A DNA stretch of 64,000 nt from an uncultured Methanosarcinales archaeon (GCA_964618315.1 CAZTWQ010000003.1:17215-81214); one strand, 5' to 3'. Numbered from the stretch's first letter, positions 18,772-28,243 are shown. Numbers and translations: made by a program. The notes: a model not told the origin generated them from the letters alone.

Positions 18772-19986
18772 TCACAACTCCCCCTTAACAACCTTCAATA
18801 CATCATCAACCTTAACAGCCTCTAAACATCTACTTCTGCTGCAAGGCGTCTTCCTATGATTAAATGCAGAAACACATGGACTGCAGGCAAAATTAGAATA
18901 AACACAAGTACAATTATCTCCCAAAGGCGAATATATCTTCGGAGTTTCAGGACCAAACAAAACAACAATCTTGATATCAGTAAGTGAAGCAAAATGTGCT
19001 GGACCACTATCATTAGTAACAATTACATTAGACACATTATACAGGTCAATTAATTCCTTAAAACTGGTGTTCCCTGCAAAATTTATACATCTATCATTCT
19101 TAACAAAATCACAAATAACCCTTGCATCCTCACCCTCAGATTCAGTTCCAGTTATCACAAGGAATAGATCTTTAACACCCAACAAATCTCTAGCTAGCCT
19201 CATAAAATTCTGCAAAGGCCATTTCCTTATAGGCAGTAATTGACTAGCATTAGGATTTAACAAAACAATTTTACTTTTTTCATTAATAGAAGGATTAATC
19301 TTTTTTAATTTACTAATAATAACCTTTTTTGCAGACTGTGTTGAAGCCACTTTAGCTTTAGCTATTTGTGACATAGGAATCGCTTTCTTAAGCAAAGGCA
19401 ATTCATCAGTACTTGCATTCAAAGCATAGACCAAAGACATAAAACTCTGACTAATATGTTGATGTGGATTATATTCAACCTTATGAGTTTGGAAATTCCC
19501 CCTATAAAGACCCTCCATATGATATCTATAGAATCCAACAATTGCTTTTGCCCCGCTAAAAAAACTTAGTATACTAGTAAACCTGGAAAACAACTCCAAA
19601 TCAATTACAACATCTATACCCCTCATCCTCATCTTAAATATTGCTGTAATAGTATCAATAATCAGTAAAAACAAAGATTTACTCCGAATAGTTATGATAT
19701 TCTTCTCAGGAACAGCATCCAAAAGTTTGATACTAGCCTCATTCTCCTTAAAAATCATAAAATAGATTTGAGCATTGAATAATTCTTTAGCTTTCTTCAT
19801 AGCACTATACGCAAGAACTGTACTCCCCATCTCAGAAAGCTCTAAAAACAATACCTTCTTTGGCTTGAACCCTTTCTTAATCTTCCTCAATCCAAAAAGA
19901 CGTTCTATAGATACAACTAAAGATAATAAGAAGCAAATAGGAACCCCAATATAATAGTCCACCCAACGCATAAAATCTACTTTCAT
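18772..19986 (-). CDS. Glycosyltransferase family 9 (heptosyltransferase-like)
   Basis: LNPNASQLLPIRKWPLQNF and NDSGPAHFAS, the characteristic GT9 blocks. Confidence 0.8.
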   Translation of the reverse strand: MKVDFMRWVDYYIGVPICFLLSLVVSIERLFGLRKIKKGFKPKKVLFLELSEMGSTVLAYSAMKKAKELFNAQIYFMIFKENEASIKLLDAVPEKNIITIRSKSLFLLIIDTITAIFKMRMRGIDVVIDLELFSRFTSILSFFSGAKAIVGFYRYHMEGLYRGNFQTHKVEYNPHQHISQSFMSLVYALNASTDELPLLKKAIPMSQIAKAKVASTQSAKKVIISKLKKINPSINEKSKIVLLNPNASQLLPIRKWPLQNFMRLARDLLGVKDLFLVITGTESEGEDARVICDFVKNDRCINFAGNTSFKELIDLYNVSNVIVTNDSGPAHFASLTDIKIVVLFGPETPKIYSPLGDNCTCVYSNFACSPCVSAFNHRKTPCSRSRCLEAVKVDDVLKVVKGEL

Positions 19987-20177
19987 TTAAAGTATGATAA
20001 ATTAAATTCCTTATTAAATCTTGTGTTTTAAGGTACATAAATAAAGTATAATAAACCCCATAGAATCCACAACCCTAACAAACTCATCAGAAACATAATA
20101 AACAGCTTACGAAAAAACCCATCACCTATTACCAAATTACCATTCTTATCGTAGGTTACTTGCCCTACAAAACCAAA

Positions 20178-20189
20178 AGATTTATATAG
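20178..20189 (+). promoter_or_regulatory. BRE/TATA-like promoter element AGATTTATATAG
   Basis: TATA-like box 37 nt upstream of the MNT ATG. The identical 12-mer recurs at 30710..30721 upstream of rmlA. Confidence 0.35.
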
Positions 20190-20198
20190 TAACTATGA

Positions 20199-20214
20199 GT
20201 TTCTATATAGAAAC
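20199..20214. promoter_or_regulatory. Perfect 16-bp palindrome GTTTCTATATAGAAAC, candidate operator of the MNT-HEPN operon
   Basis: Lies between the TATA-like box and the SD (GAGGT) of a gene whose product carries an N-terminal wHTH. Confidence 0.45.
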
Positions 20215-20225
20215 TAGAGGTTACC

Positions 20226-20816
20226 ATGGTAAATTTAACAGAAAAAGAAAAAGAAGCCTTACTAATCTTATTTAAAGATTTTAGTAGTTATTACAACGCC
20301 AATTCTCTTAGTAAAAAAATAAGCATTAGCCATGTTGGTGCTCAGAAGTTGCTTAAAAGATTTAAAGAAGCAGGTTTAACAGTTACTAAAAAGATTGGAA
20401 AGTCAATAATACATAAACTAAATATAAATGATGATTATAAGCAAAAGCTCGTTTCATTTTTATTAGCTGACGAAGCTAATAATTTCAAGAGATGGAAGGA
20501 TGAATTTAAGGACCTATTTAAGAGAGATAGAATAGTTTTGATATATGGTTCTGCAATTAAAAACTACAAAACAGCTAGCGATATCGATATAATGCTGGTT
20601 ATAAAAAAGAATGAAATAGACGAAGTAAGTAAAATAATTAATATGATAGGCAAAATACTTCCTAAAAAAATTCACTCTATCAATCTTACAGAAAAAGACC
20701 TCCTAGAGAACATTAAGGAAAAAAATGAAGTTATTATAGATATTATTAAGGATGCAGTCATCTTGTATGGTTATGATAAATATGTAGAGGTAATCAAAAA
20801 TGTCACAGGCTTCTAA
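20226..20816 (+). CDS. wHTH + minimal nucleotidyltransferase (MNT) antitoxin-type protein
   Basis: C-terminal IVLIYGSAIKNYKTASDIDIMLVI (GSx(n)DxD Pol-beta NTase motif). N-terminal HTH-like region LSKKISISHVGAQKLLKRFKEAGL. Confidence 0.8.
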   Translation: MVNLTEKEKEALLILFKDFSSYYNANSLSKKISISHVGAQKLLKRFKEAGLTVTKKIGKSIIHKLNINDDYKQKLVSFLLADEANNFKRWKDEFKDLFKRDRIVLIYGSAIKNYKTASDIDIMLVIKKNEIDEVSKIINMIGKILPKKIHSINLTEKDLLENIKEKNEVIIDIIKDAVILYGYDKYVEVIKNVTGF

Positions 20817-21330
20817 TCATGTAAAATGGTGCTTGAACAAAGCTAAGAAAGAGATCGAGGAATGTGAAAAACAAGGGAAAAGAAAAAAACATAGGGGGTT
20901 ATTAGAGGCAGAGCAGGATATTGAAATAGCTAAAAAGCATATAGAGAAAGCAACGCACAATCTTAGCTTGATTGATATATTAGAAGATCAGGGTTTTTCT
21001 GACTGGTCTGTTAACGCAGCATTTTACGCAATCTACCATTGCTTTCTGGCAATTGCCTCAAAGTTTGGCTATGAAAGCAGAAATCAAACGTGCACAATTT
21101 CATTAATTGAATACCTAAAAGAAAAAGGAAAGATAGATATTGATAAGAAATATATTGATATGTTAAAATATGCAAAAGTTGAAGAAGAAAAAGGAAATAG
21201 TATTATTGAAATGAGAGAAGAGCTAACTTATGGGATAAAAGTTTCCCCTAAGGATAAGAGGAAAATAAAAGAATTAGTTGAAGAGTGCAAGAATCTTATC
21301 GATATTACTAAAGAGATCGTTTATGGTTAA
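20800..21330 (+). CDS. HEPN-like protein (cognate partner of the MNT)
   Basis: Overlaps the MNT gene by 17 nt. All-helical, about 175 aa. Has an RN...-type motif (ESRNQTCT) but I cannot find the His of a canonical Rx4-6H. Call rests on architecture. Confidence 0.5.
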   Translation: MSQASNHVKWCLNKAKKEIEECEKQGKRKKHRGLLEAEQDIEIAKKHIEKATHNLSLIDILEDQGFSDWSVNAAFYAIYHCFLAIASKFGYESRNQTCTISLIEYLKEKGKIDIDKKYIDMLKYAKVEEEKGNSIIEMREELTYGIKVSPKDKRKIKELVEECKNLIDITKEIVYG

Positions 21331-21334
21331 TATA

Positions 21335-22104
21335 TTATTTGAACTTATTATTTCTTGCATAAACGCCATAGTATCTTATCATCTTAAATTGTTTCTGAGG
21401 AATATGTTGGACTAAGGAAGTGATAAAGTTAGTTATCTTTTTAGTCACAAAGATTTTATCACCATTATAGTCTTTATAATAAAAAGTGATCCGATTTTTA
21501 CCATAGTCAACTATTCTTCCATTTGCAATAGCTGGATGTCTTACATACCTTGCTGCATATTTAGCAACCTTTTTCGGATTCAGATTTCCCTTTTCAGACC
21601 ACACATAATACCCATAGGAATATCTGTTTGACAAAACCCTTAGATTATTCAGAACAATTCTCCTCCAAAACTTATTGAACTTACTGTTAAAATTTATATT
21701 GGAATTTGTTAAAATGTGAAGGTGGGGATGAAATTTAATATCTTTTCCAAAAGTATGGAGAACAGTGATTAATCCCAAGGGCTTAGAGCCAGAAACCCCC
21801 ATAAAAAATCCCTAGAAGAATCCATAAGAATCTTCAAATTATACCAGTTCCTTAAAATTGACCTCAGAAAAGATGGGGCAGTAAGTACAATATGCTTATG
21901 ATTGGTTTTAGGTAAGAACTCTTTTAAACCATTAGACCAATCGTCAGCATATCTTTTTCCGCATGATGAGCAGATTCTTGAATTACAACTGTTCTTTGAG
22001 CAATTAATCATCTTTTCGACTTCTTTGATCTGATAGTCTTTTACTTGATGTGCCTTTTTATAATCGTTCCAATTATCCTTAAGTATTTGCCTTATTGTAT
22101 ACAT
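21335..22104 (-). mobile_element. IS91-family (HUH/Y2) transposase gene, frameshifted and C-terminally truncated (pseudogene-like)
   Basis: N-terminal Zn-binding part (CSKNSCNSRICSSCGKRY). VLHTFG...HPHLHIL HUH block, RYVRHPAIANGRIV, IRYYGVYARN. Split into two frames at 21769..21802 next to T6/G5 homopolymer runs. Ends right after the Tyr motif, 4 nt from the convergent HEPN stop. Confidence 0.7.
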
Positions 22105-22294
22105 AAAATCACCTCAAAAAGCTTTGAAATTTCAAATCAAGATATAAAGTTATTGACTAGAAGTAGGAAAAAGAAGAAGTTATACTTTACGTACCAAGAT
22201 TTATTTATGATATTAACCCCCTAAGAAAAAGAGAATCTAATATTATATATAAATTATTTGTCAAAATTAAGATAATCCAGTAACTAAAACACAA

Positions 22295-23200
22295 TTATTT
22301 AACCAACGCATTTCTCCAATAATCCAACAAATCCTTAAGTGTCTGTTCAATAGAAATCTCAGGTTTCCAACCAGTAACTTTAACAAACTTAGAATTATCC
22401 CCCTCCAGGTTAATTATATCTGCCTTCCTTAACTTTTTATTATCCACAACAACCTCAACATTAGTATCAGTAAAACTAAGCAAAATATCCAGGATCTGCT
22501 TAATCGAATAATTTTTCCCACTACAAATATTATATACTTCATTAAAATCACATTTCCCTAAAACAATCAAATAAGCCTTAACAATATCCCTAACATCAGT
22601 AAAATCTCGCCTAACATCAATATTGCCTACACTGATAACATTTTCTTTCCCACCCTCTATCTCAGCTATCTGTTTTGCAAAATCAGAACATACAAAAATA
22701 GGTGTCTGTCCAGGCCCAGTATGCGTAAAACTTCTTGAGATAACAAGATTTAATCCATAGCTCAAGGCTAATTTCTCCTGCTCAACTCTAGACTTGCCAT
22801 AAGGACTAACTGGATTTAAATTAGAACTCTCAATCAATGGATTCTCTCCTGGAACACCATACACATCAGCAGAACCCACAATAAGAATCTTTGAATCAGG
22901 TGCATGTTCCTTAATCGAATCAAGCAGATTCTTAGTTCCATTAACATTAACTTCCATTGTTAAATCAGGCTTTTCAAAACTCAACTTAACAGATGATTGT
23001 GCCGCCAAATGAAAAACAAAATCAGGATTTGTTTTTACAATTAAATTATTCACACTATCAAAATCACATAGATTAACAACAAAATCAACATCTTCACCAT
23101 CAGAAATATCCATACCCACTACTTCAATATTATTTCTTAATAAGTGTTCTTTTAGATAAGGTCCAACAAAACCATTAATCCCTGTAATTAAGGCCTTCAT
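22295..23200 (-). CDS. rmd: GDP-4-keto-6-deoxy-D-mannose reductase-like SDR (Rmd-like; GDP-D-rhamnose branch)
   Basis: [27 protein letters not shown] (YxxxK), [17 protein letters not shown] typical of Rmd rather than Fcl. 4-nt overlap with gmd. Confidence 0.7.
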   Translation of the reverse strand: MKALITGINGFVGPYLKEHLLRNNIEVVGMDISDGEDVDFVVNLCDFDSVNNLIVKTNPDFVFHLAAQSSVKLSFEKPDLTMEVNVNGTKNLLDSIKEHAPDSKILIVGSADVYGVPGENPLIESSNLNPVSPYGKSRVEQEKLALSYGLNLVISRSFTHTGPGQTPIFVCSDFAKQIAEIEGGKENVISVGNIDVRRDFTDVRDIVKAYLIVLGKCDFNEVYNICSGKNYSIKQILDILLSFTDTNVEVVVDNKKLRKADIINLEGDNSKFVKVTGWKPEISIEQTLKDLLDYWRNALVK

Positions 23201-24162
23201 TCTATTGATTTTTTATGTTTTTCTAAATCAGAATCAACCATCATCTCTATTAACTCCTTGAATTTAATCTTAGGTTCCCACTTCAGAAGTTTTCTCGCCT
23301 TAGAAGCATCCCCTATTAAAATATCAACTTCAGCAGGCCTATAAAATTTAGGGTCTTTCTTTACATAATCCTTATAATCCAGACCAACACGAGAAAATGC
23401 AACTTCACAAAGTTCCCTGATAGAATGGCTTTCTCCAGTTGCTATTACAAAATCCTCTGGCTCTTTATACTGCATCATAAGCCACATTACTTCAACATAA
23501 TCTCCTGCAAATCCCCAATCTCGTTTTGACTCAAGATTTCCCAACGCAAGCTCTTTCTGCAAACCAAGCTTTATCTTAGCTACAGAATCTGTAACCTTCC
23601 TAGTTACAAACTGTTTACCTCGCTTAGGAGATTCATGATTAAATAAGATTCCATTACAACAAAACATACCATAACTTTCCCTATAGTTTTTAGTGATCCA
23701 ATAAGCATATACTTTTGCAACACCATATGGACTTCTAGGATAAAAAGGTGTTTTTTCAGTCTGAGGAGATTCTTGAACTTTTCCAAACATCTCACTAGAT
23801 GAAGCTTGATAAAACTTAATTTTCGGATTAATATGCCTTATTGCTTCTAATATGCGTAAAGCACCTAAACCAGTTACATCTCCAGTTAGAATAGGTTGAG
23901 TCCAAGACTCAGGAACAAAACTCTGAGCAGCTAAATTATAAACCTCATCAGGCTTTATATCCCTCATAAGATTATTAATTGAACTCTGATCAGTTATATC
24001 CCCACACACTAACTTAATCTTATCTTTAATATGAGTTAATCTCTGAAAAGATTCAGTACTCGCCCGCCTATACAATCCAAATACTTCATAACCTTTGTTC
24101 AATAAAAATTCTGCTAAATAAGAACCATCTTGACCAGTTATGCCAGTTATGAGTGCTTTCAT
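23197..24162 (-). CDS. gmd: GDP-mannose 4,6-dehydratase
   Basis: [50 protein letters not shown]; canonical Gmd blocks. Confidence 0.92.
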   Translation of the reverse strand: MKALITGITGQDGSYLAEFLLNKGYEVFGLYRRASTESFQRLTHIKDKIKLVCGDITDQSSINNLMRDIKPDEVYNLAAQSFVPESWTQPILTGDVTGLGALRILEAIRHINPKIKFYQASSSEMFGKVQESPQTEKTPFYPRSPYGVAKVYAYWITKNYRESYGMFCCNGILFNHESPKRGKQFVTRKVTDSVAKIKLGLQKELALGNLESKRDWGFAGDYVEVMWLMMQYKEPEDFVIATGESHSIRELCEVAFSRVGLDYKDYVKKDPKFYRPAEVDILIGDASKARKLLKWEPKIKFKELIEMMVDSDLEKHKKSIE

Positions 24163-24201
24163 CTAGGTTCAAGAAAACAAAGTACGTTTTTAAATCTTGT
24201 G

Positions 24202-24216
24202 GATTTATAATCAAGT
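24202..24216 (+). promoter_or_regulatory. Copy 1 of exact 15-nt direct repeat GATTTATAATCAAGT (TATA-like)
   Basis: Identical copy at 24497..24511. Shares the core GATTTATA with the promoter-like boxes at 20178 and 30710. Confidence 0.35.
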
Positions 24217-24222
24217 TCTATT

Positions 24223-24251
24223 ATCACGAAACTGCCTCGCATCACGAAACT
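24223..24251 (+). repeat. Two copies of ATCACGAAACT spaced 18 bp
   Basis: Copies at 24223..24233 and 24241..24251, directly downstream of repeat copy 1. Confidence 0.4.
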
Positions 24252-24270
24252 AATTCGCTTTCACTTAAAA

Positions 24271-24447
24271 GCAAAAAATAACATGGATGAAAATATGAGT
24301 GCAGAGGGGAAAACCATACAAACTTCAAAAAGCGTAGCTTTTTGACGGTTTAGAAATCTTTGATTTCTAAAAGTGTGGTTTTTTCCTTTACGAATAGGAC
24401 TTTACAAAGTAAAGTTCGTGTTTGAATCCCATGTTGTTATTTTTTGC
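24271..24447 (+). ncRNA. Candidate structured RNA (nested multi-hairpin element), family unknown
   Basis: Outer stem 24271..24288 / 24426..24447 (13 perfect bp plus extension). Inner stem about 24308..24318 / 24374..24386. Hairpins 24325..24345 (9 bp), 24349..24371 (10 bp) and 24390..24419 (4+7 bp). T6 run at the 3' end and a TATA-like box about 55 nt upstream. Confidence 0.3.
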
Positions 24448-24496
24448 ATATGCTCCATAATATATAATGTATGCGAACTAAAAACATGATAGCACA

Positions 24497-24511
24497 GATT
24501 TATAATCAAGT
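24497..24511 (+). promoter_or_regulatory. Copy 2 of GATTTATAATCAAGT, likely promoter region of the GT4 gene
   Basis: Exact repeat, 66 nt upstream of ATG 24577. Confidence 0.35.
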
Positions 24512-24576
24512 AAATATGAATATAAAAATGATAGTTCCATAAATTATTTAAACAAAAAAATAATTCCTAAGAGTAT

Positions 24577-25599
24577 ATGAATATAGCAATATTAACACCC
24601 ACTTACTCTCATTTTTCAGGTATAGACCGCCTAGTTGAAATAGAATCAAAAAAATATATGAAAAAAGGTCATAAAGTAGACATATTCACCTTAAAAGCAG
24701 CAATAAAAACCAAAAAAGTAAGGGTTTTCACCTTAGGCATGCCAAAGAACCCATTCTTTGAAAGACTATACAGATTATTTATGTTTCTTGATATCAAAAA
24801 AATAAATAAATATTCTAAAATTCTAAAAGATTATGATATAGTAATATCCCACTTGTATCCTATGAACATACTAGCATATAAAGCAAAAAAGCAGAATAAA
24901 AAACTAAAATATATTTATCATAATGCAGGGGTAGGCATAGTTGACACCTATTCTTTCTTTGAAAAGACTTATCTCAAAATATTCAATTATCTTACAAACA
25001 AAACAATAAAAAATACAGATGAAATAACTTCTATAAGCAACTTTCTAAGAAAAGAACTAAAAAAAGAAACAGGACTTGATAGCAAAGTAGGATATATCCC
25101 AATTGATAAACATAGATTTCATAAAAACATAAGCAGCAATAAAATAAGGCATAAATACAAAATAAAAAATGAACCAATTCTGCTATATGTTGGAAGGATA
25201 AGCCCCCACAAGGGAATTCATTTACTGATTAAAGCATTCAAAATAGTTCAAAAACAACACCCAAAAGCAAAACTAATAATTGCAGGAAAACATACATTTC
25301 CGGGATATACAAAAAAACTAAAGAAACTAGCAAACAAAAATGTCATATTCACAGGATTTATAGAAGACAAAGAACTTCCACTCTACTACGCAGCATGCAG
25401 CATCTACACTACAGCCTCATTATGGGAAGGATTTGACATGCCAATAGTAGAAGCATACAATGTAGGAAAACCCTCAGTTGCATTTGATATCGGTTCACAT
25501 CAGGAAGTCCTAAAAAAAGGCAGTTTAATACAGCCAAAAAATATCAATAAATTTGCAGAAGCAATAAATAACATATTAAGCAAAAGTTTAAAACAATAA
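24577..25599 (+). CDS. Glycosyltransferase family 4
   Basis: GRISPHKGIHLLIKAF and SLWEGFDMPIVEAYNVGKPSVAF (EX7E region). Confidence 0.85.
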   Translation: MNIAILTPTYSHFSGIDRLVEIESKKYMKKGHKVDIFTLKAAIKTKKVRVFTLGMPKNPFFERLYRLFMFLDIKKINKYSKILKDYDIVISHLYPMNILAYKAKKQNKKLKYIYHNAGVGIVDTYSFFEKTYLKIFNYLTNKTIKNTDEITSISNFLRKELKKETGLDSKVGYIPIDKHRFHKNISSNKIRHKYKIKNEPILLYVGRISPHKGIHLLIKAFKIVQKQHPKAKLIIAGKHTFPGYTKKLKKLANKNVIFTGFIEDKELPLYYAACSIYTTASLWEGFDMPIVEAYNVGKPSVAFDIGSHQEVLKKGSLIQPKNINKFAEAINNILSKSLKQ

Positions 25600-25619
25600 T
25601 AGCATTATTCAACAACAAA

Positions 25620-26339
25620 ATGGATAAAAAACCAAGCATATCAGTATTTTTTCCTGCATATAATGATGAAGGTACCATAGCAAGCATGGTAATTAAAACA
25701 ATCGCAGTACTCAAAGAACTCACAGATGATTATGAAATTATGGTAATTGACGATTGTTCCCCTGATAATTCAGGAAAAATAGCAGATGAACTAGCAAGAA
25801 AATATAAAGAAGTAAAAGTCATACACCACAATCAAAATAAAGGATATGGAGGGGCCCTAAAATCTGGATTTAATGCAGCAACAAAAGAACTTGTTTTCTA
25901 CACAGATGGAGATGCACAATATGATGTTTTGGAAATCAAAAAATTGCTTCCTTTGATGACAAAAGATGTTGATTTAGTCAACGGATACAAACTAAATAGG
26001 GCAGATTTGTTAAGGAGAATAGTATTAGGAAGGATGTATCATTACGGAACCAAAATTCTATTCAATCTAAAAGTCAAAGATGTTGACTGTGATTTTAGAT
26101 TAATAAGAAAAAAAGTATTTGATAAAGTAAAATTAAAGTCCAACAGTGGATTGATATGTGTTGAAATGATAAGAAAAATACAGGACGCTAATTTTAAGAT
26201 AAAACAAATAGGGGTGCATCATTATTGGAGGGCACATGGGAAATCCCAGTTCTTTAATGTCAAAAGAATCAGGAGAACATTACTCAATATGTTAAAACTA
26301 TGGTGGACATTAGTAGTATTAAAAAATAAGGATGCATAA
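25620..26339 (+). CDS. Glycosyltransferase family 2
   Basis: ISVFFPAYNDEGTI, VIDDCSPDNS, YTDGDAQ. Confidence 0.85.
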   Translation: MDKKPSISVFFPAYNDEGTIASMVIKTIAVLKELTDDYEIMVIDDCSPDNSGKIADELARKYKEVKVIHHNQNKGYGGALKSGFNAATKELVFYTDGDAQYDVLEIKKLLPLMTKDVDLVNGYKLNRADLLRRIVLGRMYHYGTKILFNLKVKDVDCDFRLIRKKVFDKVKLKSNSGLICVEMIRKIQDANFKIKQIGVHHYWRAHGKSQFFNVKRIRRTLLNMLKLWWTLVVLKNKDA

Positions 26340-26340
26340 A

Positions 26341-26730
26341 ATGTTAAAATATAAGATAATAAACATTGAAAGTAAATCAGACGAAAGAGGAGAATTATCA
26401 TTTGTTCAGAATTCAAACCTCCCTTTTGAGACAAAAAGATTTTTCTGGATAAAGCCAAAAAAAGAGAAAGAAAGAGGCAATCACGCAAACCACAAATGCA
26501 AACAATGTATTATATGTATAAGTGGCAAATATAATATGTCTCTGGATGATGGAAAAGACAAAGAAGAGGTAATACTAAGTAAAAACAAAGGATTGATACT
26601 AGAACCAAATATATGGCGCACTATGTCTGATTTCTCTGATGACTGCATATTATTAATCTTAGCTTCAGAAGAATATGATGAAAAAGATTATATCAGAGAT
26701 TATAGAAAATTTAAAAATCTCCATACTTGA
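26341..26730 (+). CDS. WxcM/FdtA-like cupin (NDP-4-keto-6-deoxyhexose 3,4-ketoisomerase-like)
   Basis: SDERGELSFVQ...LPFETKRFFWI and size of about 130 aa. ATG 26341 follows the GT2 stop; alternative start 26332. Confidence 0.7.
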   Translation: MLKYKIINIESKSDERGELSFVQNSNLPFETKRFFWIKPKKEKERGNHANHKCKQCIICISGKYNMSLDDGKDKEEVILSKNKGLILEPNIWRTMSDFSDDCILLILASEEYDEKDYIRDYRKFKNLHT

Positions 26731-26833
26731 CTTTTGTAGATTTTAGGAAAGAATTGGCTCCAATAAAAAATATAACCTACTATTTTTAAAACGAAAGTTT
26801 TATAATTAACTCTACAGTTACAGAACACTAAAA

Positions 26834-28243
26834 ATGAATGTATTACTCATAAAACCGCAAAGTAAACATATGTTATATTGCGACTTGCCAGAAGAAGTGG
26901 ATTCAGAAAGAGGACTCTACCCACCCCTTGGATTGATGTATGTTGCTTCTCACCTAAGGGAAAATTCTGATGTAAATGTAAAGATGCTAGATATGGTAGC
27001 AGACAACGTAACAATAAATGATTTACATCAATATATAACAAAAATTAAACCAGATATTGTAGCGATACAATCGATTACATATACAATAATTGATACCATA
27101 GAAACAGCAAACAAAATAAAAGAGATTGACAATAGTATCAAGATCGTTATTGGGGGAATTCACGCCACAATATACCCTGAAGAAACAGCAAACATACCAA
27201 GCGTCGATTATGTAATAAATGGGGAGGGCGAAAGAGTATTTACAGAACTTGTAAAAAATATTGACAATCCTGAAAAATTAAAAGAAATAAAAGGTCTTGC
27301 TTTCAAAGAAGGGGATAAAATAATAAATAACGGCAGAAGCGATATTATACAGAATATTGATGAGTTGCCTTTCCCTGCAAGAGACCTATTACCTTACAAA
27401 AAATATTATTCTGTTCTTGCAAAAAGATCCCCATTAACAACAATGATAACCAGCAAAGGTTGCCCTAACCAATGTGTTTTTTGTGATAGGCCAATACTAG
27501 AGAACAAATTCAGACCAAGATCACCAAAAAATGTTGTTGATGAGATGGAAGCATGCACAAACCTGGGCATCCATGAATTCTCCCTTTATGATGATACATT
27601 TACAATTAATAAAAAACGAGCCATGGATATATGTGATGAAATTATAAAGAGGAAATTAGACATAGGTTGGGATGCAAGAGCAAGAGTAAACACAGTAGAT
27701 AAAGAAATCCTAACAAAAATGAAAAAAGCAGGCTGTGATCGGGTCTATTATGGTGTTGAATCAGGAGATGCAAATATTTTAAAAGTAATAAAAAAGAATA
27801 TAACCCTCCAACAAGTAGAAACTGCATTTAAAATAACTAAAAAAATAGGAATTCAAAGACTTGCCTACTTTATGATAGGTCTACCAACAGAGAAAAAAGA
27901 AAATATATTAAGAACTATAAAATTTGCAAAGAAAATTGCCCCAGATTATGCTGTATTCTCACTATTCACACCTTTACCTGAAACAGAAGCCTATAATATA
28001 TACCTAGAAAAAGGTTTGTTCAAAGACTACTGGAGAGAATTTGCAAAAAACCCTACATCAGATTTCAAGCCAAAAGTTTTAGAAGACACTATGACAAAAA
28101 AAGAGTTAATGGAATTATTAAAATATGCCTATAAATATTATTACCTTAACCCAAAATACATCTTAAAGAGAATATTATCAATAAAAAGCTTTGATCAACT
28201 AAAAACACAAGCCAAAGCAGGGCTAAACTTATTAAAACTTTAA
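26834..28243 (+). CDS. Radical SAM protein with B12-binding-type N-domain
   Basis: SKGCPNQCVFC (CxxxCxxC), VIGGIHATIYPE, GVESGDANIL, IGLPTEKKE. Confidence 0.9.
   Translation: MNVLLIKPQSKHMLYCDLPEEVDSERGLYPPLGLMYVASHLRENSDVNVKMLDMVADNVTINDLHQYITKIKPDIVAIQSITYTIIDTIETANKIKEIDNSIKIVIGGIHATIYPEETANIPSVDYVINGEGERVFTELVKNIDNPEKLKEIKGLAFKEGDKIINNGRSDIIQNIDELPFPARDLLPYKKYYSVLAKRSPLTTMITSKGCPNQCVFCDRPILENKFRPRSPKNVVDEMEACTNLGIHEFSLYDDTFTINKKRAMDICDEIIKRKLDIGWDARARVNTVDKEILTKMKKAGCDRVYYGVESGDANILKVIKKNITLQQVETAFKITKKIGIQRLAYFMIGLPTEKKENILRTIKFAKKIAPDYAVFSLFTPLPETEAYNIYLEKGLFKDYWREFAKNPTSDFKPKVLEDTMTKKELMELLKYAYKYYYLNPKYILKRILSIKSFDQLKTQAKAGLNLLKL

Noticed and set aside
20034-20090. Approximately located 19-aa hydrophobic ORF (MSLLGLWILWGLLYFIYVP) on the minus strand upstream of the GT9 gene
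   Set aside because: It is too short, has no SD or TATA support, and a hydrophobic composition is easily produced by T-rich DNA. Not reportable without expression or conservation data.
24283-24345. 20-aa ORF MDENMSAEGKTIQTSKSVAF inside the structured intergenic region, considered as a RiPP precursor for the many radical SAM enzymes
   Set aside because: It has no SD or suitably spaced TATA box and no Cys/Ser/Thr-rich core or leader-like features. It overlaps the hairpin stems, which explain the sequence better, and the rSAM genes sit in sugar operons rather than next to it.
24271-24447. Interpretation of the inverted repeats GCAAAAAATAACA / TGTTATTTTTTGC as MITE terminal inverted repeats
   Set aside because: No target-site duplication flanks the arms (TTAAAA vs ATATGC) and no second copy occurs in the window. 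It is kept only as an alternative in the finding and needs a genome-wide copy count.
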